Source: Haliotis rubra
Lineage: Eukaryota
Direction of reading: 5' to 3'
Length of the DNA: 64,000 nucleotides
Assembly (NCBI RefSeq): GCF_003918875.1
Contig: NW_025767294.1
Span: forward strand, 434,001 to 498,000
Shown here: in pieces, positions 62,275 through 64,000 of the stretch
How the letters are laid out: the number at the start of each line of letters is the position of its first letter
Numbering within the stretch: position 1 is the first letter of the stretch
Translations under genes and position numbers: made by a program
The notes under the pieces: generated by a model
Databases searched by the model: none
What the model was told of the DNA's origin: nothing
The model's input: the letters and a program-made list of their open reading frames with translations, nothing else

Positions 62275-62455
62275 GGGCGGTGTGGTAGCCTAGTGGTTAA
62301 AGCGTTGGCTCGTCACGCCGAAGACCCGGGTTCGAATCCCCACATAGGCACAATGTGTGAAGCCCATTCTGGTGTCCCCCGCCGTGATGTTGCTGGAATG
62401 TTGCTAAAAGCGGCGTAAAACCAAACTCAGTCAGTCAGTCAGTCAGTCAGTCAGT
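62275..62455 (+). mobile_element. Young family A SINE, (CAGT)n subfamily
   Basis: TSD GTATACTAACAG. Confidence 0.95.
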
Positions 62456-62745
62456 ATACTAACAGGTTAATGTGTTGAGTAACTACATGTTCTACATGTC
62501 GTGTTGTCAGACATTTCAACAACGATCACAGATATCGTGTCCTAGTCCGTCCATGGTGTATTTACAGAACCAAGTCAAATCCGGAATTACCGAGTGTATT
62601 GAAAACAAAAATACATTGCTTGTAATGTAATTCCCGATATACCTTGTACATGTTTCGACAACTTCCAGCTGGGGCACACTGTTCAAATTACACGAAGAAG
62701 TGAATCGCAAATTTACTTGTACAGAATATTAAGCTTACGAATACT

Positions 62746-62900
62746 GAATCACAAACTTACAAACATGGAACCACAAACTTGCAAACATGGAATCACAAAC
62801 TTACAAACATGGAATCACAAACTTGCAAACATGGAATCACAAACTTGCAAACATGGAATCACAAACTTACAAACATGGAATCACAAGATTACAAATACTG
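62746..62900. repeat. 22-bp minisatellite
   Basis: ACAAACTTRCAAACATGGAATC. Confidence 0.9.
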
Positions 62901-62977
62901 AAGCACAAAGCACACAAACAGACACAGACACACACACGAAATCAGTAACAGGAACTTTTACAGAACGTTATTTTTGG

Positions 62978-63298
62978 AAACGGTACCCCCGCCGTGATAT
63001 TGCTGGAACATTGCTAAAAGCGGCGTAGAACTAAACTCACTCACTCCCTCACTCACTCAAGAAACGGTCCCCGCCGTGATATTGCTGGAACATTGCTAAA
63101 AGCGGCGTAGAACTAAACTCACTCACTCCTCACTCACTCAAGAAACGGTCCCCGCCGTGATATTGCTGGAACATTGCTAAAAGCGTAGTAAAACTAAACT
63201 CACTCACTCACTCACTCAAGAAACGGTCCCCGCCGTGATATTGCTGGAATATTGCTAAAAGCGTCGTAAAACTGAGCTCTCTAACTCACTCACTCAAG
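62978..63298 (+). repeat. ~80-bp tandem array x4 of the family A SINE 3' tail
   Basis: GAAACGGTCCCCGCCGTGATATTGCTGGAACATTGCTAAAAGCG..(CACT)n repeated. Confidence 0.93.
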
Positions 63299-64000
63299 AT
63301 ACACCTAAACGATAAACACGTTCAAGTTGTGGTATGATGTTCGAATTACACGAAAAAGTGAGTCACAAACTTACTAATAGTGATTTACAAATTTACAAAC
63401 ATTAAATCACAAACTTACATGCACAATAAGTAGTCACTGGCCTACACTACTGAATCACAAACTTACCGATACTGAATCACCAGCGAACAAGAGTGAAACG
63501 CAAACTTTCACACAATTATTCACAAACTTACAGAAACTATATGACAAATTTAAAAATGAATTGTTTGTTCCTAAAATACGCTATACACTTTATATACAAT
63601 AACATGTTATTAATCTGTGTCAGATCGCATGTGACAGAGGAGCTATACAAACATACAAACTCTTACATTCCTTGCCTTGAGCTGTGCGGTGTACTCCCCT
63701 CCCGACTGCCTTTCGTGGCTCCTGCACAACGTCTTGTGTCATCTTGACCTGGGTTTTCCCAGGCATGTATTCCCGAGAAATCCTCACTGCGCGCGACGGA
63801 AATATCCCTTTTCAGTGTGGTCGGCGCTATTTCACTTCTCGATTAGAGACTGAACTATATTTATCGCGTCGTACCCTACTCATATCGCGCGTATTTTTCT
63901 GTGTAACTTTTGTGTGCGCAGCGCCATATACTTAGGGGATAACGGTACTGTTTGACGAATTGGGGACGGACACCGGTGGTTATGTAGCCGCAAATTTACT

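Overview
Repeat-rich eukaryotic DNA, probably from an invertebrate. The SINE complement suggests a gastropod mollusc such as abalone (inference, not verified). Four spliced genes were rebuilt by hand. Two are convergent 13-exon folylpolyglutamate synthase (FPGS)-like paralogs (+ 11295-24334; - 45334-26762). The others are a Golgi type-II carbohydrate sulfotransferase with a 3' frameshift (- 51881-48595) and a PLAAT/HRASLS (LRAT-family) gene (- 61683-58107). The rest is several short retroposon families with related 3' tails, MITEs, Penelope/L2/Tc1 relics, many minisatellites and one assembly gap. Main observations: (1) both FPGS paralogs appear to share an intron with AT...AA ends in an otherwise U2-type context; (2) a non-tRNA retroposon family starts with a pseudoknotted RNA motif that shows compensatory base changes, a candidate ribozyme or cis-element; (3) the FPGS paralogs have remodelled C-terminal motifs and a footprint of inter-paralog sequence replacement; (4) two compensating indels move the PLAAT NCEHF catalytic motif out of frame while the ORF stays open. 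All homology calls come from motif recognition only; no searches were run, and repeat boundaries are approximate.
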